A stretch of DNA of 64,000 nucleotides from Balanoglossus misakiensis (GCA_040954595.2 CM082590.2:9115764-9179763), one strand, 5' to 3'; shown: positions 27,101 to 41,218, counted from the first letter of the stretch. Translations and numbers: made by a program. The notes: a model not told the origin generated them from the sequence alone.

Positions 27101-30100
27101 ATTGAATGTCAACGACAGTTTTTCAAAATTAACAGAAGTCACTTCTGACAGCAAAGAGTGTATATCAGCCTTTATGTTCTTATTATCAGAATCACAACTG
27201 ATTTTAATTTCCCGTCTAATTCTGTTTCTGTTAATCTTACCATAGTGTGAAAGCAACTGGCACAAATCTGAAAAATCAAAATCCCTGGTATTCACAGTGT
27301 ATTTGCCATTAAAGCAACTGTGCCTCCCCTCAACATCAAATGTACTTCTGTCAAAGGATCTGAAACTAGTTTGTCTTGACTGCTGGAAAGATTCAACTTT
27401 AATGGCAACTGATCCAAGAGACTGATTTCTACATAATGATTCATGTACAGCTTTTATGAATTCCATATCTCCAAAAGGTAATCCTTTAATGTCAAGCTTA
27501 TTGGCAGTAATCTGTGAGAGATAATGGATTATACCAGTAGTGGACTCTTTATCACTGAAGGGCTTGTTGGCAGTAAACTCTGACAGATATTGGACAACAC
27601 CAATAAGACCAACACAACTGAACTCTTGATCATAATTCATGAATATCAATGTTAAGACATTAAAATCAACTGATGTCGCGCCTCTCAACAAAGTCTCCAG
27701 GTCAGAATCACTGTTCTCATCTTTAAAATCACACACGATATCCACGTCTAGTATAAGTTTCTCATTACGAACAGATGCATACTGTGAAAACATCTTACAT
27801 AAACTTGATAAATCAAAATTTATGGTATCTATCCTGTAAAAGCTTTGAAATTGTCCAAACCTAGCTCTGATGTTTAGTTTATAATGTGATTCCCATGGTT
27901 TCAAACCTGTATTCACATCAACTGACCCAAGAGACTTATTCCCACATAATGATGCATGTACAGTTTTTATGAATTCCATATCACCTACAGGTAACCCTTC
28001 AATGACAAGCTTGTTGGCAGTAATCTGTGATAGACATTGCACTACACTAGTCAGAGAGTTTGTGTCTATATCAGTGCTTTTAGAATCAGAATAGTTCAAG
28101 AATAGCTTATAATGATTACAATCAGCCTTGATACGAAGTAATGTTTGTTGGTATTGTTCACATTCAGCAAAATTGACTGACACACTTGTTATTAGGTTAC
28201 TAGCTTTGTCAATGTGTATATGTTTTATAACCTCGTAATACTCAACAGGCAAGCTCTCGATGATAAATTCTTCAGTGATCTTTGATAAATCTTGCATTAT
28301 AGACCCAATTTGATGCAGATGGATGCTTTTCATGTTTGAATTACCATAATTCAAAACCTCCACTTTGATCTCCACATCTCCTCGATATTTCAACCCTTCA
28401 TCTTCGACAGCAGTGACATTTTTTTCTCTCAATTTGTCAGAACCTATTTCATTTATAAAATCAAAATTGCAAACATCATTTGTGACATCACATTGTTCTA
28501 TATCATATTTTATATTCATTTCCATGAGCACATGTTTATCCTTATGTTTAATTTTGAATGAGTCAAAAAACTTTCTAAATATATCCGGTGTCCTGGGATT
28601 TGATGCAGACATCTCCAATGTGATCATTTCAGAAAAAATATTTGGGCATTTCAAAAGCTCCGTGTTTATATGTAGCATTTTTGGGTCAGAATAGTTATCT
28701 AGGTCAAGGTCTATTGTCAGAAATTCAGGTAAAAACTCAGCACAAAGAAGAAGTGTTTCCTCAGATTCACAACCACTTTCATACAACATTGGCCTTGCAT
28801 CAAAGTCTGCATCTATAATAGAAAACCTACTCTCCCAAACCTTGAATACTTCACCAACATTGTCTTGCAAGTGACCACCAAGAAACTTCATCATTGCATC
28901 ATTCCAAGACAAAAAACCCTGTTTAATGAAAAATGCAACAGCATCTACAAATTGTTCATGGTTACTAGAGCATAGATTGGAAATGTGCAATGAAGCAAAA
29001 TATTCCTGAAATGTTAAATGATAAAAGTTATAGCTTGGAGGTCGAGAGGTTTTTGTCAGAAGTCCCAATTTCTGTAAGTGTTGACGACCTGAAATTTCTT
29101 TCTCACTGAAAGAATGTTTACCTGACTTCCAAGCAGTATATGAGAGTTTACTTAAGTAGAGAATTTCATCCCTGATTTCATCACTATTTGGATCAATAAT
29201 GTTATCTTGTTTTTCACAGTATCGTTTTACAACATAATCAATTAACTCTTCATAAAGTCCTGTGATTGTGTGTGGTAGTTTCTTTGGTTCCATCCAAATA
29301 TCACACAACATCAAAGTATTCAAAGGACTCTGCAAAAATCCAGACAAAATGCTGTCGTGGGTGGATGTCTTCAATTCATTGATAAAACTCTCGACTGTTT
29401 CTGGTGTTACAGTTTCATCCATTGAAGACATTGCATTTATATGCTTTTTAATAAAAGCTTCTGCATTCTTTCTGTCAAAACCCTTAATCAATAATTGACT
29501 CTCATACATCTGTTTGGAGTTCTTATCCCTGATTTTCCGAGACGTTACAATTACTGGGCAGTCAGGCAGCAGTCGTCGTTTTTCTCGGATCATTTGCTTA
29601 AAGTACACTGGGAGATCATCAGTACTGACTTCATCAAGTCCATCAAAGACAAAACACACTTGTGATTGATTGCTTTCAACAAAACTCCATATCTCATCTG
29701 CTCCTTCAACATTTTGTAACAAGCAATCAAAAACTGCGTCTTTAAGACTATGTTTCTGATTATTTTCTGAATGGTATTCATGTAGATCTTTCAATTCAAA
29801 ATGAAAAAGAAGTTTGAAACAATTGAGAAAGTTTACATTGCCTTTTGCCCAATCATATGCCAACTTTTTACAAAGAGTTGACTTACCATACCCTGGATCA
29901 CCTTCTATTAAAATTCGTCTTGGATTTTTACAATCCTTAGTTTCTGTGAATAAATCTTGTATTGCAAAATCTCTCAAATGTCCATCTTTGGTTTGTAATT
30001 CTAACTGTACGTAGATATCTTCGAGTTTCAGTCTGTCTGTTCCATCCCACCATGGTAAGGGGACAATGTTGGTATATTGTCTCTTGTAGTCTTCTTGCAA

Positions 30101-32772
30101 CTTTTGTTGGTACTTGATGACAACATCTGAAATTATTATCATTGAATATTTCTGTATTACTGATCACAAGAACCAAAGTATCATGGTGCACCAGCTAGCA
30201 TTTCATCAATCGTGATTTTTGAGCGTTTTATTTGGATGAAATGGCCCCTCAACATCTTTGAACATCATTGAAGTGATTTCTGATTAAAAATTTTCAAGCA
30301 CTGATAACAAAATGATGGTTTGGTTCAGATGTCTTTTTTGTGATTGAGACCAGAAAATCTAATTTTCTCACCCACTTCATTTTATGAAGGACCAATTTCA
30401 CCATGGAAAACAATAGTTTTGGACCAAACCATTGGGGTGAAAGGGCTCAACCAATTCATGGTGAGAAACTTACTTGGTGTAGTTTTCATGGTTGGCATAT
30501 CCATGGTTGGCATATTCATGGTTGGTGTATAATCCGAAGTGCTTGGTTGGTCATCCTGTTCAGAATCTATTAACATTAAACAAATTCAGCTGTGATCAAA
30601 CAATTGAAAAACTGGAAAACTAGTATAAACAAGTTTATACTTTTAAAACATGAGAGTAAATGTTGCAGTACATCTTATTTTTTATAGACTAATAAATGAT
30701 TATTGTCCAACAAGTAGTGACAAGAATATACTTACTATCAGGAATGTTCACATTTTTTCTCTTGGGTGGACTTGAATAATTTTCGTCAGTTTCAGCAGAT
30801 CTTTTACCACGACTACCGGTACATACTAGAATGAATGATAGACAAGTCATGAAACATGTTTGACTGAAATTGGTCTGCTCTGAATTTCCTGCCTACGGTA
30901 ATCTTAATCTTTTATCATATATGAATAAAGGCTCAATCCATATCAGATTACTTGTCCATAGAGATGTATACACACATTAGATAATCCTATTCTAGTCATT
31001 ATTTGTAACCATCCACATAATAAATCATTCCAACATTTAAAACTTAATTTAAACTAATTTTAATGAGCTGTAGGATGGAAAATATTACTGGTGGAAAAAT
31101 TTGAATAAATGATGATTTTAAAAACAAGCTTACCTGCGGTTGTAGTGTCCTCAACAGCTGCATCAGTTTGTTGCCTAGGTGATAGTGACTGCAGTCTTGT
31201 CACCAAGGGATACAGTGCACGCCGTAAATCATGTCTGTCTATGTGGTGTTGTACACTTGTGGTTTCACCTTCTGGATCTTTCATCATTGTCGTCATCTCT
31301 GCCTGTGTTGCAGCTGAACTAACTGCACTGCTAGCAGCAACATCACCAACATCTGAAAAACCTGATGTACAGAATGGGAAAGGTAAACACTGCTGAATTC
31401 ATTCATGTGTGTAGAATTGCTATTAAAATATATTTCAATTTATACCACAAGTACTCTAACTTGTTCAACTGCTCAAAATGCTTAACCACCATTTCTTTTC
31501 AAAATTAAATGTTCATTTTACTGCCATACATTTGGCTCATTAGTTCACAAATGCGAGCATTCAAACCATTATGTAGGATGGTCTGTGGTTAGTGACGACA
31601 GCATTAAACCATGACCATTTGAACTGCACAGATGATGACTTCAAAATGCCATTTGTTTCAATCAGTTTGACCAGCTGAAGAGAGACTATTTTTTTCATCA
31701 TTTCATCTCTTTCAAAATCATAATTTTGGGTGAACATGGTATTTGCATAATACAAATGCATACTTGTATTGTAAAATTCTGCAAGTCCTTACCATAAGAT
31801 TCCGTGGTGGATACTGGAATCTTGGATTCTGCTTCTGTTGTCACTTCATCATATGGATAGTCTTCATCAAATCCTTTCTCATATCGAACTTCTACATGCT
31901 TCGCTAACATGTAAAGTTTGGCAATTTCCAACAGTTGAATAAGAGTTTCAGGTTTGTCTCTTGATAGATGTCCAATGTCACACAATTCTTCGAATAAACT
32001 GTGTGGATTTTTGCTTTTCTCAATTTCTTCCCTTCTTCTTTTACGTATTGGAGGATTCCTTAAAATCGTCAGTGCATTCAACAATCTTTTTAGGTCATCT
32101 ATAGTGCAAAAAAGAAAAGAAATTATACTAGAATTTTTCTGGAAAAGAATCTCTTGAGAAAAATGTTAAAAGTACAGTAGATCACTGTCTTAAATTTCAA
32201 ATTGAAAATGGGATGATCATGTATTGTCTTTGTGACAAGTTTGAATAAAATCAGCTCTGTTGTATAGTGTTTCATTGGGTGCTCCAACAGAAGATTGCTA
32301 CAAGAATACAGGGGAAAATGTTAGTTTTATTACTGATACTAGTTCAGTGTTTCATCCAAGATGGCTTCAAGTTCAACAGGGGGGATATGTCCCCCTTTGC
32401 CAGAATATTTGAGGGGGATTCCACTCTAGCAAGGGGGGACTGTAATAATCTCCAACATGTGAATGGCATCATTTTAAGGGGCACTGGTCCCCCTTGATAA
32501 ATCACTAGAGGGTGCCAACATGTCAATCCCCCATCCCCCCATCTAGATGAAACACTGGTTGTATGTGAGATGACTGAAGATGCAACTACTGCATAATTAT
32601 AGACATTCCCTGAACAACCAGGACATGCACACTGATGGGTAGAGACATCCATTCATGAGTGTCCTAGAGCATCACTCTCTCAGGGATAAAAACATTCAAA
32701 TGTACACTCACCATTTCCAATGTCATCTGCCAGCTCAAAAAGATACTTCCTAAATGGATCAATATCAGACAT
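24101..32772 (-). CDS. NLR-type protein: death effector domain (DED) + NACHT NTPase + long degenerate repeat region
   Basis: Exons 32772-32712, 32098-31793, 31352-31134, 30825-30736, 30566-30474 and 30126-24101, all GT-AG with phase-1 junctions. N-terminus MSDIDPFRKYLFELADDIGNDDLKRLL...RKRRREEI...SLFEELCDIGHLSRDKPETLIQLLEIAKLYMLAKHV is DED-like. NACHT motifs: ILIEGDPGYGKST (Walker A), FVFDGLDE (Walker B), VIVTSR, SPL, FYHLTFQEYFAS. Confidence 0.88.
32345..32557. mobile_element. Short TIR element (CAGTGTTTCATC...GATGAAACACTG)
   Basis: 12-bp inverted termini; an internally deleted related copy lies at ~61798-61881. No clear TSD. Confidence 0.55.
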
Positions 32773-33087
32773 CTTTGGATAATCTTTCAGCTGCCTTCAG
32801 CGTTTGAAGTTCTTCAAAGGGATGAACAACAGAACGCAGTACATTTGCCGCACCTATCAAAGGAATATAACAAAATCAGAATCAAGTTTAAATTTTTAAA
32901 GCAAAAAAAATCAAAACTGTGTCATAATTTTGATTCTCTGTTCAGTCAAACCATTTTCTTGTCCACTTATATACACTATCTGTTAAAATTACTGCACCTA
33001 TACAAAAAAAACCCCAAACAAAATCGTTTACTTTTAGGAAATGAGATAATGCACCAGCAAACACCACTGCCCATTGTTAGGTGATAA

Positions 33088-33167
33088 CCAATTATTAAAC
33101 TCAACCAATTATTAAACTCAACCAATTATTAACTCAACCAATTATTAACTCAACCAATTATTAACTC
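33088..33167. repeat. 16-17 bp tandem repeat (ACCAATTATTAA(A)CTCA), ~5 copies
   Basis: Read directly from the sequence. Confidence 0.85.
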
Positions 33168-34299
33168 ATCAAAAGAAAAAAATGTCTGTGATGTGACACA
33201 TAAAAATCAATAAAACAAGCTTGTCATTTGGCACCTTTTGTGAAAATTTGAAGAAATGAAAATATTACAAATTAAAGTGTTTTCTAAAAAATCTGCATAT
33301 AAGGCTATGGAATGTTATAACCATGTATATTATCTGTGAGAAGTCTCTATCATTATGCGCGCAACTCTTTTTCTGCCCACAATGGTGTTTGAGGAGAAAA
33401 ACAACTTCAAACTAAAAAATACGAAACTTCCACATTTCTGGAGGAGGTCTGGATGGTCTGTGAATTTTCTTCAACAACCTATAGTACTAGATTAGACACT
33501 GATTTCTCTCCAAAAAGACATGTTTCCAACGAATTTAGAATTTAGTACAAGGAAATAGGAATTTTCTTAGTAACCTCAGGCAACCTCTGTGGTACTGTTT
33601 CGCTTTGGTAAAAAATCAAAATTAGAAAAAGGTTAAAATTGTGCCGTTTTTGATCCTGTTTCAATCATACCATTTTCTCATGCACTCATACACATTATCG
33701 GTCTAAATTTACAGCACTTGTACAAAAAATACCACAAAAAACTGCTTACTTTTAGAGAATGACGCATCCGCGCAATGCACCAGCAAACACCACCGCCCGT
33801 GTTAGTTAATAATAACTAATGATAAACACATCAAAAGTTAACCAATTCTGCGATAAAAAAGGGTCAAAAGTAGTCTTTTTTACAATGACCCACCCCCTAA
33901 GCGTCTACAGTCACCAATCGACACAGTTCAATCACTCCAGCGCATAGCAATAGAATATTGAAATGTTACAGTTAACACAGAAAGATGTTCCTATCTCCCT
34001 TTATTGTGTCACTCAATCGAAAAATACAACAATGTACCTATAATTTTTTTCAATAAAATAACATTTTACATGCAGTTAACATGACTTTTGCTTGAACACT
34101 ACACCCCCTTTTCCCTCTGTAACAGTCCAACTTTTCCATAGAAAAACAATCGATTCAGGCCAAACAATCTTAGTGAAAAAGAGAATGTTGCTGGTCATTT
34201 CTACAAGCTGTCTGCTATTTTTACATCACAGGATTATCTCTATTCTAAATCTGACTCTGAATTCTAGTTTCCACAGAGCGTCTCTGTTGTCATGGCAGC

Positions 34300-37200
34300 C
34301 TACACCTGTTGCGATGCTTTCATTCTGCGTAGTTTCTCCCGGTGCCGTCGCTGTCGTATTCTGTCGCATTCTCGTTTCCGCTGTTTCTGCGTCTCTGAGA
34401 GTCCCAGCAAAGTCACTCCTTGTGGTTTCGGTCTTCTGGTGTTCCCCTGCCGCGGTCTCTTGTCATTTGAACCCACGGCGCTTCCACGCCGAGTTGTCGT
34501 CTGCTCAACTGACTGTAACATCTGCACCAAGGACGATGATTGGCTGCCTAGGGTGACATTATGAATCGGCGATTTGGATTGGCTGTGAGACACACTCTGA
34601 GTTGATGACAAGACCAATGATGCTGATTGGTTACCACTTGGTAATGCATGAGACAGCAGCTGTGATTGGCTTAGATTTGTGTCATTTTGAGTTGATATCA
34701 ACTGTTGTAAAACCGGGTTTGTTTTGGTGAGAAAACTGTCATTCTGAGACAATATCCGTGGTGATGGTACTTCTGATTGAGTTTTAGAATTGCCAAATAT
34801 GTTTTGCATTGTAAGTACTGGTGATTGTGAAGAAAACTGTTCCGGATGTTTCTGACTTGTGTCACATGACCTTGCTTCAATAAGTGTCATTGACTTTGAT
34901 TGGCTCTGAGAGGTATCACAGGTCACTGGTAATCTTTGTGCCGTTGACTTTGATTGGTTCTGAGCAGAGCCATGCATTGGTAACCGCGGTGTCAATTTAG
35001 GGGTAGTTTCGTTGTGAGGTGATTGAATTTGAGACACTGAACTTGATTGGTTGTCTGTAACAGTTCTACTAGGCATCATATGTAACGCGGGTAATGATTG
35101 GTCCTGAGAAGTGTCCTTCCTGGAGGTCAATATTGGTGACACTGTACCTTGCAATGCCGGTGTCTTGTGGGTTGGTCTTGCTGTTACCATGGGAACTGTA
35201 CTGTAGCTTACATTACCTGTACCTGACCAGACCGCTTTCTGGAAAACAATAATTTTTATCTCAGTATTTGTGTTCTGGTTTAAAATTTAGCAACAGTTAC
35301 CATGGAAAGTGGAGATCAGTAGCCAATCACAGATTTCCAGTTGGTGGCCACACAAAAATGAGCACCACTACACATTCTTTAGAAGATTTGGACATGCCCT
35401 GTTAACCATATATGGGTATATGTAACTTATAGGTGGTTGTATTCCTTTAACCCTTTCACCCCCAGTTCCCTTTTCAGAGGTCCGACTTTACCATAGGGAA
35501 CAATGGATTTGGACTGAACCATGGTGGTGAAAGGGTTTAAAGGTGTCACCTCTAAGCATAAAATAGTACTTCACCTTTTTTCGAACACCTCGTCTTTTTT
35601 CACGACCAATTTCTTGCATCCATTGTCTCTGGCTTTCTGCAGACACAACCTGAACTTGTTGAAGAGTTTCTTTCATTCGACGCACTTTCTCTCGGTGACG
35701 TCTTTGCCTGATGCGATCTCTCTCGCGTTTGTGTTGTCGCTGAGTTTCCGTTAATGTTTTCAGAGAAGCGCGGAAATAGTTTCGACGCTTGGCATTTCCT
35801 CCGAGGCCCGGACTCTTCCCGCTTTGCGTTTTCGACCAAATCTGCGGAAAGTGGCTGGGCATTGGTAGTATTTGCGAGAATGACTGTTCAGGCTGCCGTG
35901 GCAACAGTTGCAGGTCTCTCGGTGCTGGCTGTGATTCCCTCGGCAACAGATGCGGTTCCCTTGGCAACAGATGTGGTTCCCCGACCAACAGATGCGACGG
36001 CAACGAATTCCGCGTTAGAGACAACGGAGACACACACTGGTGCTGGGACATACCTGCTTGGCTGTTGCTGGGCAACAGTTGTGATGGCGATGAGGTGGGG
36101 AGTTGAGATACATTGCTAGTCAACCCTGATTGTTGCTTCTCTTGCAGTAGAGAAATGTCTGCATCAGTTGGTAATACCTGTCTTCTGTTGGCATCTCTGG
36201 AACAATAATTCTGCTTGTCTGAAATATTGTCATATTCTTCAACTATACTCTGAAAAATAACAGAAAAAAACAACAACATTAATCTGTGTATTTTTTTCAC
36301 CCGCATCATCTGCTGTGTGCATCTTAGGTCAACATTTTTGTATTACAATGCACCATATAATGAAATACAAGCCCCTGTAAGTGGCCACCCCTATACTAGT
36401 ATAGCGGTCACCTCTATATAGTGGCCACTTTGTTACAGTCCCTGTGCAATTCACATGTGTGTTAATTAACCTCTATATAAAGGTCACCTCTCTATAAAGG
36501 CCAGTTTAGGAAAGTCCCTTGACTGGCCACTATAGAGACGTTTGACTATATACCAGTAATCAAAAATTCAATGGCAACATAACTTACCATAGGCATAGGT
36601 GGCTCCTCATAATTGGCACGACCCCTCAAGTTTCTGACACAGACTTCACTGGGTTGATGTTCTGACCCCCTAGTTATGTCAGTGACACCTTCATCTTCAA
36701 CATACCAATGTGACGTCACTTCACCGACAGTATCCATTTTTGTCAGCGCATCGCAATCATATCTCCGTTTCGATTTTTCAGATTTCAAGTATTTTTTCCC
36801 CAGAAGTATTTTCTGCAAAGGCATTCGCATAATGACTGGGCTTTCGTTGGGAGAGTCTTGGTTTTTTTGCTCGAGTTCGTAGCTGTAGTTTTCTCTATCG
36901 CGCAAGTTATCCTGGTCTTCCAAATGTTTAGTAGTCAGGGAGTCTTGTGCAGACTCCCCAGGTGATGATCTTCCAGTGAGTTGGCAGCTTTGGTCGGGGT
37001 CAGCTTCACAGCAGCATTCTGTTGGCTCTATCTTAATTTCTCTTTTTTCAGTCACCTGAGGAGATTCAACCACACTCTCCTGTTGTAGTCTGCTGGAACT
37101 TTCCGGGTCATCGAACGAACTCTGACAATTTCTAGAGTCATTTTCAATTTGTCGGTTCCACACACTGGTTTCTGTGCTGGTTCCGTCTTTCAGCTCCTCC

Positions 37201-38988
37201 GCATTACCCACAATGCCATGTTCTGTTTCAGGGCATCCTGGATGGGTTCTATGCTCACCATCGTCACTATTTCCACATTGGTGGCGCCAAACAGTTTCTG
37301 GTGTTCCTCCAGAGCTTCTCGCGTATTCCTCGGCACCGTTGCCATGACTGCCGCCATCATAAACAACCTGGTAGGTTTTACACGGATCAGCGACACTTTT
37401 CCGGCTGCCCCCATTCCTGGATTGTGATTCAGACAGGGCATGGGAATTCTCGGAATATTTGACATCAGAGTCGGTGCTCCCCGTAGCAATTCTCACCGAA
37501 TCCTCTTCCGATTGTTCACTTTCCCAACTCTGCCCGCCACGGATACAGGAATTCCGAGTACATTCCATAGTATCCTCACTTTGCTGCTTTGCCAGATTTC
37601 TAGGAATGTCAGGATATTCCGGTACATGTACATCTTTTCCTTTCCGCCGCCTCACTCCAGGACTCTCAGTCCCCTCATCTTCCGAGATCACGGTCTTCTG
37701 TCTCCATGACGACTCAATTGTCATTTTCAATATTCCATACTGACACAAAAAATTCAACATGGCCGTTTTATCTGTGAATGGTAAAGCACCATGCTTAAAA
37801 ATATGCAAAAAGTGATGACTATTGGAGCTTTAGCCTTTTCACCACCATGGTTTGGTCCAACTCCATTGTTTTCTACAGTAAAACTGGACCTCTATAAACG
37901 GAAATGGGGGTGGCTGGGGTTAATATAAACATTACTAAGAGAAACAACGCTGTCTTCAGGTCAATTGATAAAAGTCATTAAAGTATAATTGCCAACAAGG
38001 AATTGTACATCATTGGATTATTAAAATAAATTATTTACAAAAACTCTTCTTTCTTGGCCTTACCTCTGTCAATAAGAGTATCACTTTGTATCTGGTATAT
38101 CAATTCCTGGCTACATTTTTCAAAACAATGTCCAAGTTTGTCAGCTACATCTGTCTGTTTAGCTTCTTCCCAAAGACAATGACAATCTGTAATGACAAGG
38201 CAATTTCATATGATTACAGTGCAATACTAATGGCTCGATCTCTCATTGTCACTGTTTAGACCCCGGTTATTCTGATTGGTCAGTTACATAATCACATTCC
38301 CATACTTGAACCAGGTCGACCACAGCACTTGTGATTGGTCAATTAAATTATTACAATGCAATACTAATGGGTCGCTCTCTCATTGTCACTGTTTGGCTAA
38401 TTAATAATTAATTCAGAACCCGGTTATTCTGATTGGTCAGTTACATTCCCACACCTGAAGCAAGTCGACCACAGTGCTTGTGATGGGTCACTACCCTGGC
38501 CACTGTTTGGCTAATTAATTTAGACGCCGGCCATTCTCATTGGTCAGTTAGTGAAACAGGTCGACCACAGCACTTGCGATTGGTCAATTACGCACTGCAC
38601 TGCACTCTTTGAACACGTGTGGAAAGACTTAGACAATTTACGGTGACCGGGAGATGACCTCATAAGGACAGTCCGCATGGTGTCTCGAAACGAAAATAGC
38701 CCCAGTGAGTGAAGTATAGGAGGCTGAGCTCTCAAAATCACATTCAAAATAAAACTGCGGTGTGATTCAAAACAGATATGATTTAGTTTTGGTTGACCTT
38801 ATGTGACCTCCGACCCCACAGTCTGATATTATTTATATTGATATCTTACCTTGTGAACTCAGCGAAGGACATTCTACGGCTGGCGAGTCGCATTGGCGAT
38901 TTTCAGACTGTGAGTCCCCGACGTTTTGCGGGATAATCAACCGGATATTACGCAGCAGATTGAGTGAAACGCCATCTGTGGTATCCAT
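34300..38988 (-). CDS. Gene C: shared novel N-terminal domain + acidic linker + two bZIP-basic-region-like helices
   Basis: Exons 38988-38850, 38186-38064 (123 nt), 37771-36588, 36249-(35650 or 35575; donor uncertain) and 35238-34300; the frames join. The last two exons each carry L(T/S)ETQ(R/K)Q(H/R)KRE(R/C)DRIRQRRHREK(V/L)RRMK. Confidence 0.75.
35451..35535. mobile_element. ~85-bp piggyBac-like MITE (TTAA-CCCTTTCACC...GGTGAAAGGG)
   Basis: TIR CCCTTTCACC with TTAA-like flanks. Family copies at ~23056-23141, 30400-30450, 37830-37922, 42445-42538, 56841-56925 and 60405-60428. Confidence 0.65.
36367..36550. mobile_element. Degenerate Tc1/pogo-type MITE in an intron of gene C
   Basis: Internal repeats GTGGCCAC / GGTCACCTCT(A/C)TATA with an inverted terminal copy, TA-flanked. 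Confidence 0.45.
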
Positions 38989-39528
38989 GGTGATATCAGA
39001 ATCCTGAATACTTTTAAAACGCTAGAACCACGAGGACAGACCTCCACCATCAGCAAAACAAACCCCTGACCTCTTCCGCAGCTGTGTGACCTTTGTGTGT
39101 ACAACCTCCCCGTGTGAGGGCGCTATCGATATAGGATTGTACATTTCTGCATGAATAATTTCGTTTTGGCTTGTTTATTGATATTTCTCAACATTCAAAT
39201 TGATAATCAACGAGCTTATATAAAAGAAGAGGACTATATCCACAATAAAATTAAAAACATTCCCCTTTTTTACATATGTTGTACACTTATGGGTACATTG
39301 TTTGAGCATGTGACATGATTTTATATGAAGGTGACTACAAAGGGTGTCTGCAAATATATTTATTAATAATTAAACTTTAATTATAAACACAGAAATAAAT
39401 ATAATAAAAAGTATTTGGTATAAAGTTTGGCTTTATTACCTATATTCTCAGAGCATATATCTTAAGGTCACTAATTAGGCAAATTATTATACATAGAAAC
39501 TCAATATTATTATCCTGAAAACAAATCT

Positions 39529-40637
39529 TTAAGTCACTACTTCAGGCAAATTATCAGCCATGTCCTTTCCATTGACATTGATTTTCTTGGCGTGGACTTT
39601 CAGGTGTCTCTGCAAGTGGCTGCTTTGAGTGTAGGCTTTATCGCACATTTCGCAGGCGTACGGTCTCTTGTTGGAATGGATCATGAGGTGCCTCTTCCGG
39701 GTTCCACTCTGTGTGAAGGTCTTTCCGCACTCGGAGCAGGGATAGGGTTTCTCCTTGGTGTGCGTCCGGATGTGCTTCTTCAAGTGGCAGCCGCGGGAGA
39801 AGGTCTTCCCGCAGTCGTCGCAGGCGTACGGTCGCTCGTTGGAGTGCGTTCGCAGGTGCAGTTTGAGGTTGGCGCTCAGGGCGAACGTTTTCCCGCAGTC
39901 GTCGCACGCGTGGGGTCTCTCGTCCGAGTGCGTGCTGAGGTGTCTCGTCAGAGTGCTGCGTACGGTGAACGTTTTCTGGCAGTGCGGGCATGCGTACGGT
40001 TTCTCTTTAGAATGGATCCGACTATGCGTATTCAGATTCCCGCTGAGGGTAAACGTTTTGCCGCAGTCTTTGCATCTGTATGGTCTTTCATTGGTGTGAA
40101 TCCGTCGGTGGGCGGTCAAGTCTCCGGCCTGGATAAACGTTTTACCGCAATCCTTGCATGTATACGGACGTTCGTTCGAGTGGATCCGTAGATGAGCCTT
40201 CAGGTGGCCGCTGAGAGTGAACATTTTACCGCATTCCTCGCATTTGAAGGGTCTGTCGTTGGCGTGCAGCATGAGGTGGATCCGTAGGTTATCGTTTCGC
40301 GTAAATTTTTTTCCACATTTGTTGCATGTGTATGCCCTCCCACTTGCTTGGCTCGGACAATCACTATCTTGATCGTCACGTTCGCTCGAAACATGACTGC
40401 TGTATCTGTCGCACTGCGGTCCCCCCTGTGAATGAATCATGACGTAGTCTCCGTACGATGTTGTTTGATGCACCCCATTCACCGGGTCTGTGTCGATGTC
40501 TACCCCATGATAGTGCTGACTGTCACAACTTTCATGATCGGAATCCATGTGCTCCATTGACAGATAGCCACACTGTGAGAGACTCTGTAATATCACTGTG
40601 ATATCTGTGAAAAGGATAAAATAATTAATATAGTTAT

Positions 40638-40685
<48 letters not shown>

Positions 40686-41218
40686 TTCAAGATGCTTGTA
40701 CCATTGTTTACATCCTGTTATGTCATACAAACATAGTACCAACATTCAAAAGATGTAAAACCACCTACCGTTTTCAGAAAGCATATCCTCTTGAAACCGC
40801 TGATAGAATATCTCAGTTACTATTTCAAAAGCGTCTGTGAATTCACCCATCTTATCATTGAGCCGTGCATTCTCACATAATTTCTGACAGTCTGAAATGA
40901 GAGAATATAGACACACGATCAATCAAAATGGTACCCAGCTAGCATTGGACAATCAAATTTGAGACCTAAGAACTGGAAAGAACACAAGAAGACAAGTAAA
41001 TAGCGAAAACTCCAGGGGTTAGCAATGTAAATCCATCAATAAAATTTTATAGTGAATCAAGAATAGGTGATCCAGCAAATGTGTGACTTACCTAAAAATC
41101 CGGAAGTCTCGGATCCTCCACCTTGTGCGTGCGTAAACAAATATTTGTCACCATTCAGGATATCAGAACCAACTAATTGAACTTCACACTCCCTGGTCGG
41201 CATGGGAATGGGGTCCAT
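39529..41218 (-). CDS. Gene D: shared novel N-terminal domain + 9 C2H2 zinc fingers
   Basis: Exons 41218-41092, 40891-40769 (123 nt) and 40604-39529, GT-AG and in frame. Nine fingers with H(S/T)NERPY-type linkers. Confidence 0.88.
40640..40685. repeat. (CAT)n microsatellite in intron 2 of gene D
   Basis: About 15 CAT/ATC units. Confidence 0.95.
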
